Part shown: piece by piece, positions 1 through 10,260 of the stretch | Layout of the letters: each line of letters starts with the position of its first letter | Position numbering within the stretch: position 1 is the first letter of the stretch | Assembly (NCBI GenBank): GCA_002269645.1 | Contig: NIVC01000578.1 | Location: 448,549-512,548, forward strand | Direction: 5' to 3' | Source: Macrostomum lignano | Taxonomy: Eukaryota | DNA: 64,000 nt | Made by a program: the position numbers and the translations under genes | Notes under the pieces: generated by a model | Told to the model about the DNA's origin: nothing | Database searches by the model: none | What the model saw: the letters and a program-made list of their open reading frames with translations, nothing else

Positions 1-152
1 AGGAGGGAACAGAAGCACCTAAACAGTAGAATGTGGGGGGGGGGGCTGCAATTAAAGATGCAACTCAGGCTGGGGTGCTGCTGTGACGCAAAAAAGTTCT
101 GAACTCAGCCGGTTACACATTAAACAGACTGTCGGGTTGCTCCAAACCTACT

Positions 153-1745
153 CTACTTAGAAGTTGACGAGGACAATGCGGTGCCATTGGAGGCTCCGGA
201 ATTTTTCCTGCCGAGCTGCGAGCCGAGGTCCCAGCCCAGCCCGTTGTCCAGCGCGTGCAGGCACATCCGCAGCGCCTTCTCGCCCGGCGCCCGGACCACC
301 ACGCGGTGCAGGGGGACGTGGCCGGGCCGCCGCGCCCGCTGGAAGACGCCGATGTAGCAGCCGTAGCGCTGGCTGATGCTCTTCACCTTGCGGTCGCCAG
401 GGTCGCTGAGGATTTCGCGCAGGCTCGGGCTGTCCCGCACCGTGAAGGCGTGTACGAGGTGGCAAGCGGCCGCGGCGCTGGCGGTGGTGACGGATGTGGT
501 GGCGGCGGTGGCCGCGGAGGCCGTGGCGGCGGATGTCACGGCGGTGGTGCTGCGGGACCGCAGTGGCTGCTGCCGCGGGTGGCCACCGGCAGCTGCGGGT
601 TTCGCTGGCTCCGCGGCGATCAGCGCAGGCGGCGGCTTTGGCGCCGGTTTTGGCGGTGGCGGCGGCGGCGGTGACGAAGCCTTCACCAGGCTGGAGTTGT
701 TCCTGACTGTCAGCGGGGCCTGCTGGAACTGGCGATGCGCCGTCTGGGTGAGGAAGTAGGGCGATGACACCCGCTGCTGCTGCAGGCCGCAGGGCTGGTG
801 AAGCTGCTGCTGGTGCAGGTGGAGGAGAGGCGCAGACGGAGTTCGCGGCGGCGGCGGCGGCGGGGGCGGCTGCAGCGAGCTTCGAGTGCGCGGGTGGGCC
901 TGCAGCTCAACCGCTGATGGCTTTCTCAGGAGCCGAGGCGCGGGCTTTGGGGCCGGCTGCGGCGGCTGCTTCTGCGCAGTGAGCGGTCGCTGAGAAGTCT
1001 GGACCGAGCCGACCAGTCGCTGCTGCTTGCAGGAGCTCTCCGGCGTGCGGGTCCGCGAGCTGGTCAGCTGCGGCTGCTCCGCTGCCAGGAGGCCGGCGGA
1101 CATGAGGCCGCCCATGAGCCGCTGCTCGAAGCGCTCCAGGATGGGCGGCAGGACCCGGCTGAGCAGCAGCCTGAGGCAGCCGCTCTTCACCACCGAGTAG
1201 ACGCTGCCGTCAGCTGCCGGTGGAGCCGCCTGCGACCCGGCATCGCCGCCGCCGACCCGCTGCGCTACTGCCTGCTCGAGCTTGTCCAGGTCGGCCTCGA
1301 ACTGCCGCACGACCGTCGACCGGAAGGTGGCCCGGTCCTCGGACAGCTCGCTGAGGCTGCTGCCGCCGCTGCTGCTGCTGAGAGCGTCGCCCTCGCCCTC
1401 GTTCTTCAGCAAGAAATTCTGATCGGCGCCGCCAGCTTGGCCGAGGTGAAAGTCCGCGACGCTGTCGTCAAAATTGTCGCAACAGTCCGACGGCGGTGGC
1501 GGCAGAGAAGGCGACGGCGACCGCAGAGACGTCGGCGAGGCCCTGGCGGGCGGCGGTGGCGGCGGCAGGGGAGGCGAGTTCGAGGGCCGCTGCAGCTGGC
1601 GGCTCCTCCCGTGCGGCCGCCGGTGGAAGTTGCGGCCGCAGTCGATGAGTGAGCAGTCAGACAGGGTGCTGCAGACGCTGTCGCAGTCTTGAGTTGGTGC
1701 CACCGAGCTGCTCAGGAGCTGCTCGCGAGCTGCCACCCTGGCCAT
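153..1745 (-). CDS. Intronless Pro/Ser/Gln-rich protein (530 aa) with a compact C-terminal, possibly KH-like domain
   Basis: 530-codon ORF with ATG start, GC-rich codons and a ctttcag acceptor 9 nt before the ATG. Low-complexity poly-Pro body. The C-terminal ~85 aa (LVHAFTVRD...EILSDPGDRKVKSISQRYGCYIGVF...VVVRAPGEKALRMCLHAL) is ordered and patterned like a KH fold lacking GxxG. Confidence 0.6.
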   Translation of the reverse strand: MARVAAREQLLSSSVAPTQDCDSVCSTLSDCSLIDCGRNFHRRPHGRSRQLQRPSNSPPLPPPPPPARASPTSLRSPSPSLPPPPSDCCDNFDDSVADFHLGQAGGADQNFLLKNEGEGDALSSSSGGSSLSELSEDRATFRSTVVRQFEADLDKLEQAVAQRVGGGDAGSQAAPPAADGSVYSVVKSGCLRLLLSRVLPPILERFEQRLMGGLMSAGLLAAEQPQLTSSRTRTPESSCKQQRLVGSVQTSQRPLTAQKQPPQPAPKPAPRLLRKPSAVELQAHPRTRSSLQPPPPPPPPRTPSAPLLHLHQQQLHQPCGLQQQRVSSPYFLTQTAHRQFQQAPLTVRNNSSLVKASSPPPPPPPKPAPKPPPALIAAEPAKPAAAGGHPRQQPLRSRSTTAVTSAATASAATAATTSVTTASAAAACHLVHAFTVRDSPSLREILSDPGDRKVKSISQRYGCYIGVFQRARRPGHVPLHRVVVRAPGEKALRMCLHALDNGLGWDLGSQLGRKNSGASNGTALSSSTSK

Positions 1746-3505
1746 GCTGCGAGCCTGAAAGCTGCTTCGTCTTGTTCAAAGCAGCGGCAAGTCGGTGGCC
1801 GGTCTCGGCGAGGCCATGCAGGAGAATTGAAGGCGCGCTGTGGCCACCCGCGCTGAGCTCTCGGCGGTGAAAAAATGCGTGGGTCGGGGCGCAGCCGAGC
1901 TGCTCAGACTGATGCAGCAGCCAGCTGCCAGAGCTGCAGCAGCTGATCACCCAGGCGGATTCTCTTATGGTAGTCTATGGCCGAGAGCTCTTCTTTGGCA
2001 ATCGAATAAAAGTACTTCGTGAGGGTTAAATATAACCCCGTGACCCTAACCCTGCTGTGAGCTACTTGCTACTGACAAAGACGCTCGTAAATCGTTCGTC
2101 TGGAAAGTGAGGTTCTCAAATTCTACTCTAAAATATGGAGGACCATGTGCGATCGTGCGTGGATGCTCGCGACAATAATTAAGACTCTGGCTAATCACCC
2201 AAAAGGACACTAAATTAAAAATGAGATATTTGTTATTGCTGTACTCGTATGCTTTCTAAATGAGTCCATTGGGCACGAGTTTATTGGGCAAATTAAGCCG
2301 AGCTCCAGGTAAGTAAGGCAAGCATCACCTTGCCGTGATGGGGCAGTAGCTTGTCAATGCTCCACGCACTCACACACACACCATAGGCTGTTATCTCAGT
2401 TAGTATCGGTTGGTACATGGTTCTGCTGTTCAACCGAAAGTTTCGACCACAAGCTGTTAGGCCGCCAGTTTGCTCGATCGCAAGTTGGAAAATTGGAACA
2501 ATAAAATCTGCCTCAGTCAGCGCTATTTCAAACCAATAGCAAGAGATGCAAAAGAGTTCGAGAGCAACCCAATAGCAAGAAAGTCTGGGAATTATTTTTG
2601 GTGTGAAAGTTTGGATGCCTGCATGCCATGTGAACAGCGAGATCGGATCCGGCCGTTGTGCGTCATTCGGCGGCTCCACCAGTGTTGCAGCTGTATCGCT
2701 GTTGCAGGTCTTGGGCGCTGATCTCAGCAGTTTTCGTGGGAGCCCGACGTTCCCAGTGCAAGCCAACTTCAGCAGGCTGAACTTTCTAATTTTCACCTGT
2801 GCATCCCGTTAGGCGGGGCGAGCACAATGAACTCCTGCTGAACTGGTCTTGCTGTCCTGGGCTGATCGGCTGATTGTTGATGTTCGCACTGCTGAGATAG
2901 TTGATGCTGCTGTGAGCCGAGCTACGCTGGGAGCCTTAGACAAAGGATAGCGTCCGCAACGTTGGGGCCTACTTCTTAACTTTGGTCCCCTCGCTCCAGG
3001 CTCACCATTGTGTCCTCTCGTACCGTCCAGCCTCGGACAGGTGACACGACAAGCCGCAAATGAATGTGAAGGAGCGTAGAATGGAACGCGGCGTAAGAGA
3101 CTGCTTCTGGTCGCACAGCTGCTGAGACCAAATGGAGGAGAGCTGACAGCCTTCACAACAACTCAAATGAAAGTTAAACTCCATCAATAAAGTCGGTGCG
3201 TATTGAATTTAGACAGGCATTGCGAAATAAATGGGCCGCGTTTATTTGGAGAGCAGAAAGCTGCAGTCGCTCTGAAAACTGTAAAAACCACTCAGAGAAG
3301 CCGCAGACACGCTAAACCTCCGGCTCCATCAGAGTCAGGTAGGCATCCAGAATCAGCTCTTTCTAAAAAAGTTACGAGTATGAGTTCGACGAATTCTGAT
3401 CGAATATTTGAACGAATAAATATTTGAGGGAAATAAAAGTGGAAATTAAAATGAACTTAAGCAATGCCAATGTTTAAAAAAAAAACTATCTAAGAAAATC
3501 TGCAT

Positions 3506-6500
3506 TCAATGAGTATACACTTCACCAAAAAATTCTGGCGGGGCACGGGCCCTCTCACTTCGGCGCAATACAGGCTGTTCTGGATGCTCTGGAACATCAG
3601 CAGGGGCGCCGACCGGGGCGCCGATTGGGGTGCCGGCTGGGGCGCCGACCGGGGCGCCGACTGGGGCGCCGGCTGGGTCGCCGGCTGGGGCGCCGGCTGG
3701 GTCGCCGGCTTGGGCGCCGGCTGGGGCGCCGGCTGGGGCGCCGACCGGGGCGCCGACTGGGGCGCCGGCTGGGGCGCCGGCTGGGGCGCCGGCTGGGGCG
3801 CCGGCTGGGGCGCCGGCTGGGGCGCCGGCTGGGGCGCCGGCTGGGACGCCGGCTGGGGCGCCGGATGGGGCGCCGGCTGGGACGCCGTCAAATCTCAGGT
3901 CGTCCTCGTCAGGATTGTGCAGTTGCGCCGCTGGTTGCAATTGAGGTGCTGCAGCTGGACTGGCCGTGTTGCATGGCTTCAGGCGATTGAAATGCACCAC
4001 CCTTCGCCGTCGTGCATTGGCCTCGTGCTGAATGCGGTAGGTGACGTCTGAGATCTGCTTTTTAACGCGCCATGGCCCAGTCCACCATCGATGAAATTTT
4101 CGGCTCTCGCCTCGCTTCAGCGCCGGATTGTGCAGCCAGACCAGATCGTTCTCGCTGAATGCCTTGCCGTGGCACCTCCTGTCGTACGCTGCCTTCTGGT
4201 GCAGTTGCGCTGCCTCCAAGTTTTGTCGCGCCCTCTCGTGCGATGTCTGCAGCCGGCTCCGCAGCTCGGCCACCCATTCACAAGGACGTTGCCTATCCGG
4301 CGCCAGACCTCCGTATGCCAAGTCCAGTGGTAGTCGCAGTTCCCGGCCGAAATGCATCGCCGAAGGTGTCTGACCAGTCGACTTGTGGACTGAAGTGCGG
4401 TAGCCCATCAGTGCAATCTGCAGATGAAGATCCCAGTCTCGCTGATTCTCGTTCACCCATGCTCGCAGCAGCTGCACCAGTGTCCGGTTCATCCGTTCGC
4501 AACCGCCGTCTCCTTCAGGGTGGTAGCCTGTCGTCCGAGTCTTGTCGATTTTCAGCAGCCGCATCGTCTCTTGAAACAGCTGTGACTCCCAGTTCCGACC
4601 CTGGTCGGTGTGCACCGACTGCGGGACTCCAAAGCGAGCCACCCACTCGTTGACAAACGTCCGGGCTGTGGTCTCAGCGTCTTGAGACGGCAGTGGAAAG
4701 GCCTCAGTCCACTTGCTGAAGGTGTCGATGACTACCAGGATGACTGAATTTCCACGATCGGTTCTCGGCAGGCCCACCATGAAGTCCATTTCCAGTCGCT
4801 GGCCAACGCTGCCGACCGCCATGCTCTGTAGAGGTGCCCGCCTGTGCTGGTCAGAATCTTTCAGTGTCGCGCATTCGAGGCACGCAGCACACCAGTCAGT
4901 CACATCTGCTGTCATTCCAGGCCAGTAGAGTCGCGCCCTGATCTTTTCAATGGTCTTCTGCGGTCCGCAGTGGCTGCCGCTCGTTCCAGCATGAGCTTCG
5001 ACAAAAACATCGCGCTGTAGACTCTCTGGCACCAGCAGCTGCTGACAAAAGGCGCTGCCATCTTCGGATTCCCATCGGCGGCACAGCAGTCCGTTCACCA
5101 GTGTCAGCCGCTTAAACTCGGACAGCAGTTGCCGCTGCCGATTGCTCCAGCCATCCGTCTCTGCCTTATCCGGTGGTTGCCCATCTCGCAAGCAGTTCGC
5201 CAGCTTCTGCATGCACCGATCCTCTGCCTGTGCTCGTCGAATAGCGCTGTCGTCATTGAACTCGACAGCGAGCGCAGAGCCACTGCACAGGCAAGGTCCT
5301 TTTCGACACGGTCGCCGACTAAGTGCGTCTGCATTTCCATGTTTCTCGCCCTTGCGATACTCCGTCTGGTAGTCGAATTCGCTTAGCTTATCCAGCCACC
5401 GTGCCAGCTGACCATCGGGATCTCGAAAGCGCAGAAGATGGATCAGCGAGGCGTGATCAGTACGTAGTGTGAATCTTTTTCCTAACAAGTAGCTGCGATA
5501 GTGACCGACGAAGTGCACAATTGCCAGCAGCTCACGCCTCGTTGTGCAGTAATTTCTCTCTGCTTTGGACAGAATGCGACTGCCGTACGCCACCACCTGC
5601 GTCCTGCCACCACGGCGCTCTTGAAGAACTCCGGAGATGGCCACGCCAGAGGCATCAGTATCTAGCACGAACTCAGCGTCTTCTGCGAAAGTCGGCATGA
5701 TGAGGACTGGGCTGGAAGTAAGGCACTGCTTTAGGCGATTAAATGCTGCTGAGCATTCGAGAGTCCAGCTGAAGGTCACGTCCTTTTGCGTTAGCTTGTA
5801 CAGCGGTTCAGCAATCTCACTGTAGTTTTTAACGAAATGACGATAGTAGCCACATAACCCCAGGAATTGTCGCACTTCTGAACGATCTTCGGGCGTTGGC
5901 CACTCCTGCACTGCTTTCACCTTGTCCGGGTCAGTGGTCACGCCATCTTTTGAGATTCGAAAGCCAAGAAATGAGATCTCCTGATAGCACAAGTGGCACT
6001 TGGTCGGCTTCAACTTCAGGTTAGCGGTTCTGAATTTCTGCAACACAAGCTCAAGACGCCGCAGATGCTCCTCGAATCCTTTCGAAAAGATGACAACGTC
6101 GTCAAGAAATGACAGGCACACTTCCCATCGGAGGCCCTTCAGAACGAGTTCCATCAGCCTTGAAAACGTGGCAGGACCATTGCACACACCTTGCGGTAGT
6201 CTCTTGTACTGGAATAATCCTTGTGGCGCAGGAAATGCTGTTTTTGCGCGACTCTCTGAGTCCAGCATCACCTGGGTGTACCCGCTAGTGAAGTCGAGCG
6301 TTGAGAACATTGTGGATCCTGCGAGAGCATCGATCAGATCGCTGGTGTGAGGCAGTGGATGACTGTCTTTGACGGTCACGGAGTTGAGCAGTCTGAAGTC
6401 GTTCACGAAGCGCAAACTGCCGTCCTTCTTCTTCACCAGAATGACCGGGCTCGACCACGGAGAATTCGAAGGCTCTACGATGTCGTCTCTCACCATCTGC

Positions 6501-7533
6501 TCGACCATCTCTGACACAGCTCGCTGGTTCGGCGGCGACAATCTACGAGGAGGCACTCTGATAGGTTTCGCCGACCCGGTGTCAATTTTGTGGTCAAGGA
6601 GTGAAGTGCAGCCCAGGTCGTTTGGACTTTTCGAGAACACATCCTGGTACTGATGCAGAAGATCTTTGACACACTGAACTTGATTGGCTGTAAGATTTTT
6701 CTCATCAATGTGCACATTTGGTACATACTCGGCGATTTGACCTTTCACTGTCTCAACTTGCATTGACAACTCTGCATCGGCACCATCTGACATCGGCTCA
6801 AAAGTCCCCAGTCTTGTTCCGGGGTAAAATGTATGCGGCTTGGTGTCCGTATTGACATAGTGAACAGCGATGAGTCCTCCTCGCAACACCGAGAGGCTGC
6901 GCGCTCCACACATGACCGTGGAGATGTCCTTCGAATTGTCAGGCTCAAAAATGCCGCACTCACCATCAACAGCTGCATCTGACTCACTTGCCAATCTCGC
7001 TGGGAAGACGATTTCGTGACCAGCGGGCACGGTTGTCCTGTCTGCTACCTCAACGGCGAATACACAGCTACTTGCTGCCGATGACTCCATTTTTACTTGC
7101 TGACCGCACACAGTGAGCGTTTGGCGATTGCAGTCGATGACGCAGCCGCAGTTTGCCAGGAAATCTGCACCCAGCAAAAAATCCTTGGCCAGATTGTCGA
7201 CAACTAAAACTCTTTGTCGAACCGTTGCCACACCGAAACTTAGCTGCACTTCCTGCCAACCACAGGCAGCCAAATAGTTACCGTCTGCCAGCTTCAACTG
7301 CACCGGAGTCGTCAAAGGCAGGAGCCTCTCATTCAGCTTGCGAAACAGGGACTTGACATCAAAGACTGGGAACACCCAGTGTCAACTAGACAGCTGGCAG
7401 GGATACACATTGGCAGGATGCGACAGTTTACCAGCATGTTGGCACCAGTGGCTGAGCAGGACACCTCTACGACTGGTTGCGCCGGGATTCTCACTTGCGG
7501 AACGGCACCCCGGCGGTCGCCGCTCCATCGAAG
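3506..7533 (-). CDS. pol: Pol of gypsy 1 (PR-RT-RNaseH-IN) with one 1-bp break just after the protease active site
   Basis: LVDTGCSQSLMS in ORF 7333-7554, continuing in ORF 3506-7375: RT (FLDD), RNase H (LDTDASG), integrase HHCC and D-D-E (MDF, TDQG, ERMN), GPW motif. Confidence 0.9.
3603..3887 (-). repeat. 12-bp coding minisatellite (PAGA)n in the integrase tail
   Basis: About 24 copies of GCCGGCTGGGGC-type units, in frame. Confidence 0.9.
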
Positions 7534-8333
7534 TTTCCCGACTTCTGAGTGCAAAATCTTTGAACATGGCCCGGCTTACCGCACTTCCAGCATGTCACAA
7601 CTCTGCGTCTGTCGCCGCTCTGACGATGATCCTGGTCCTTTGACTCCCAGCGGCTGAGCTTGTTGGACAGCTCCTTCAGGGACCGTTGAATTCCGACTGC
7701 AAAGGCTTCGGGAACCTCAGCAGCTAGAGCCGTAGCAGTGCCTCCTTGCGACTGTATCGATTCCACGAATCGCGCTGTTTCAACTGTATCAGCGAATGTC
7801 GCCTTTGCCTGCATCTGCGTCTGCATTCGCACAGCTGGGTCCCTCAATCCGGATAGAAACCGACCTTTGAGAAGCTCGTCCTTCGCTGTCACCGACGTCT
7901 CCTGCTCGGCACCTGCTTTCGTCTCCATCAGACTCGGGAACGCACGCTTTGCCGCAACGACCAGGGCATCGGAATAGTCTGCAACCGACTGACCGTCCTT
8001 TTGAGTCAGATTGAAGAACTGCGCCTGCAGCTCAGCAGAGGATTTTGATGGCCGAAATCGATTTTTCAGAGCCTTCTCAAAGTCGTCGTAGGACAGGGCA
8101 GCATCCAAATTGTTGGCCGCTTGATATGATTTGTCGTCGAGGAATGACAGCAGAGCATTCTTGCGCTGATCCACAGGAAGAGATGATGCGAAATTGTTGA
8201 ATCGTGCCAGCCAAAGTTCAAAGTCTTGTCCATGCTGGTATTGAGGCGGCCGCAAAAACATGTTGACAAAACTAGCTTGGGGCTGAGTCACCGCCACTGT
8301 AGGGCTCTCTGCACTGCCTTCATTTTCAGTCAT
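7491..8333 (-). CDS. gag: Gag of gypsy 1
   Basis: ATG at 8333 (MTENEGS...), Gag-like core, C-terminal zinc knuckle CWKCGKPGHVQRFC. Confidence 0.9.
   Translation of the reverse strand: MTENEGSAESPTVAVTQPQASFVNMFLRPPQYQHGQDFELWLARFNNFASSLPVDQRKNALLSFLDDKSYQAANNLDAALSYDDFEKALKNRFRPSKSSAELQAQFFNLTQKDGQSVADYSDALVVAAKRAFPSLMETKAGAEQETSVTAKDELLKGRFLSGLRDPAVRMQTQMQAKATFADTVETARFVESIQSQGGTATALAAEVPEAFAVGIQRSLKELSNKLSRWESKDQDHRQSGDRRRVVTCWKCGKPGHVQRFCTQKSGNFDGAATAGVPFRK
7505..7539 (-). promoter_or_regulatory. -1 programmed ribosomal frameshift signal (gag-pro)
   Basis: Slippery heptamer G GGA AAC at 7539-7533 in the gag frame, 6-nt spacer, then stem GGAGCGGC/GCCGTTCC. The -1 frame leads into the protease motif LVDTG. 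Confidence 0.8.
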
Positions 8334-8338
8334 AGCCG

Positions 8339-8350
8339 CCGCTGCCACCA
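8339..8350 (-). promoter_or_regulatory. Primer binding site, tRNA-Leu type
   Basis: TGGTGGCAGCGG is complementary to the metazoan tRNA-Leu(AAG/UAG) 3' end (...CCGCUGCCACCA). Confidence 0.8.
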
Positions 8351-8351
8351 A

Positions 8352-8516
8352 TGTAAGAACAAGCGAAAACGAGAAATTGGCTTAAGGCGTAGACCGACTC
8401 TTGGCTGCCCAGGGCGCCAAGGCATTCACTTATATATTATCATTGTACAGCGAGCAAATGTACATAAGAGCTAGTGAACGTGCGCACACGCAATCAACTA
8501 AGCAAACCATCTTACA
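8352..8516 (-). repeat. 5' LTR of gypsy 1 (165 bp)
   Basis: Bounded by the inverted termini TGTAAG...CTTACA, contains TATATAAG on the minus strand, and is followed 1 nt later by the PBS. Confidence 0.85.
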
Positions 8517-9080
8517 GATACAACAATTTCAAGCAAATTGAATAAAAGCTATAAAAATGCAATCAAATGTCTCGGATACAAAGCAAACTGCAGGCTGGGA
8601 CCACAACTCATGTCCTGATCTGGATAGAGAAAAGCAACTCAACCGTATAATAATAAGATTTTGATTACAACTGAATCAGTAGATAATATGCCTACTTTTC
8701 AGTCCTACCTCTTTAGTTAGGCATAGCATAAGCCAATAAAAAGTATTCTCATTATTGTTAAATGTAAGTTTCGTTTTTAGCAACAAAAACTTTTTATGTG
8801 CAGCGCCAGCCATTTTAGGAATTAAGAATATTTAGATAATTTCAATATAGTATCAATGAAATGAATGAAAGAAACTTATAATTTCTAAAAAATTATCATT
8901 CCAAGCTGTAGAAAATTAGCATGCCTAAAAAATGATAATAAATTATTTTTAGCTGATTTTTTTGCTTCATGAAGGATGAAGGACTTCAAGGTTTTGGGGA
9001 ATTTTGGCCTTCAGGCTTCAGTTTTTTCAGGATTTTAAACATTGTTTTCTATTAGTCTTTTCCACAGCGCCGACACCCCG

Positions 9081-9566
9081 TGAAGGGAGGCAGTTGCAGA
9101 GCTGAGGGGAGACAGTTGCAGAGCTGAAGGGAGGCAGTTGCAGAGCTGAAGGGAGGCAGTTGCAGAGCTGAAGGGAGGCAGTTGCAGAGCTGAAGGGAGG
9201 CAGTTGCAGAGCTGAGGGGAGACAGTTGCAGAGCTGAAGGGAGGCAGTTGCAGAGCTGAAGGGAGGCAGTTGCAGAGCTGAAGGGAGGCAGTTGCAGAGC
9301 TGAAGGGAGGCAGTTGCAGAGCTGAAGGGAGGCAGTTGCAGAGCTGAAGGGAGACAGTTGCAGAGCTGAAGGGAGGCAGTTGCAGAGCTGAAGGGAGACA
9401 GTTGCGAGGCTGAAGAGAGGCAGTTGCAGAGCTGAAGAGAGGCAGTTGCAGAGCTGAAGGGAGGCAGTTGCAGAGCTGAAGGGAGGCAGTTGCAGAGCTG
9501 AGGGGAGGCAGTTGCAGAGCTGAGGGGAGGCAGTTGCAGAGCTGAAGGGAGGCAGTTGCAGAGCTG
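9081..9566. repeat. 22-bp minisatellite 3' of paralog A
   Basis: Unit GAAGGGAGGCAGTTGCAGAGCT, ~22 copies; same unit at 22603-22848 and 41726-42072. Confidence 0.95.
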
Positions 9567-10025
9567 CAAGTTGCTACGGTTGAAGCCAGCAAGCAGTCAA
9601 GTCGATGCTCAGCTCGAAGGCCGCCTCGATGCGCTCATCGCGGGGTCTCGCCTGAAGCCCTCCAGCTGGAGCTCAGTGAGCCACGGGCAGCCGCTGGCGA
9701 TGCTGGCGAGGGCGGCGGCAGTCCACTGGCTGCAGTCGGACAGGTGGAGCCGCCGCAGGCCCCTGGCAACCGGACTGGCGCACAGGTCGGCCACCGCCTC
9801 ATCAGTGAGGCTGGATCCAGTGCAACCGAGGGCCCGGAACTCCATCAGATCGAGTGGCCAGGCTGCGAGGCTTCGCAGATTCGCCCAGGCCTGGCGGGTC
9901 AGAAGGCTGCAGTCGTGGATGCGGAGGCAGCGCAGGCGCGGCAGCCGGGAGAGCAGAGCCGCCAGCAGATCGTCGGTGCTCACCTCCAACTCAACATGGG
10001 TCAACTCTGCAGTGAATGGAACTTA

Positions 10026-10260
10026 TAGCAGCAGTCTGAGCATCTGGAAGAACAGCAGTCTGAGCATCTGGGAGAGCAGCAGTCTGAGCATCTGGGAGAG
10101 CAGCAGTCTGAGCATCTGAGAGAGCAGCAGTCTGAGCATCTGGGAGAGCAGCAGTCTGAGCATCTGGGAGAGCAACAGTCTGAGCATCTGGGAGAGCAGC
10201 AGTCTGAGCATCTGGGAGAGCAGCAGTCTGAGCATCTGGGAGAGCAGCAGTCTGAGCATC
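10026..10260. repeat. 24-bp intronic minisatellite (paralog A intron 2)
   Basis: Unit GAGCATCTGGGAGAGCAGCAGTCT, ~10 copies. Confidence 0.95.

Larger units (their letters stand above)
3506..8516 (-). mobile_element. Ty3/gypsy LTR retrotransposon 1; 5' LTR present, 3' LTR absent
   Basis: LTR, PBS, gag with CCHC knuckle, then pol in PR-RT-RH-IN order. Confidence 0.95.

Noticed and set aside
2293-3156. ORFs 2293-2796 and 2809-3156 as genes or upstream exons
   Set aside because: No recognisable domain or consistent splice model.
9027-9592. Cys/Leu-rich ORFs from the 22-bp repeat
   Set aside because: They lie after the paralog A stop codon and are repeat translations.
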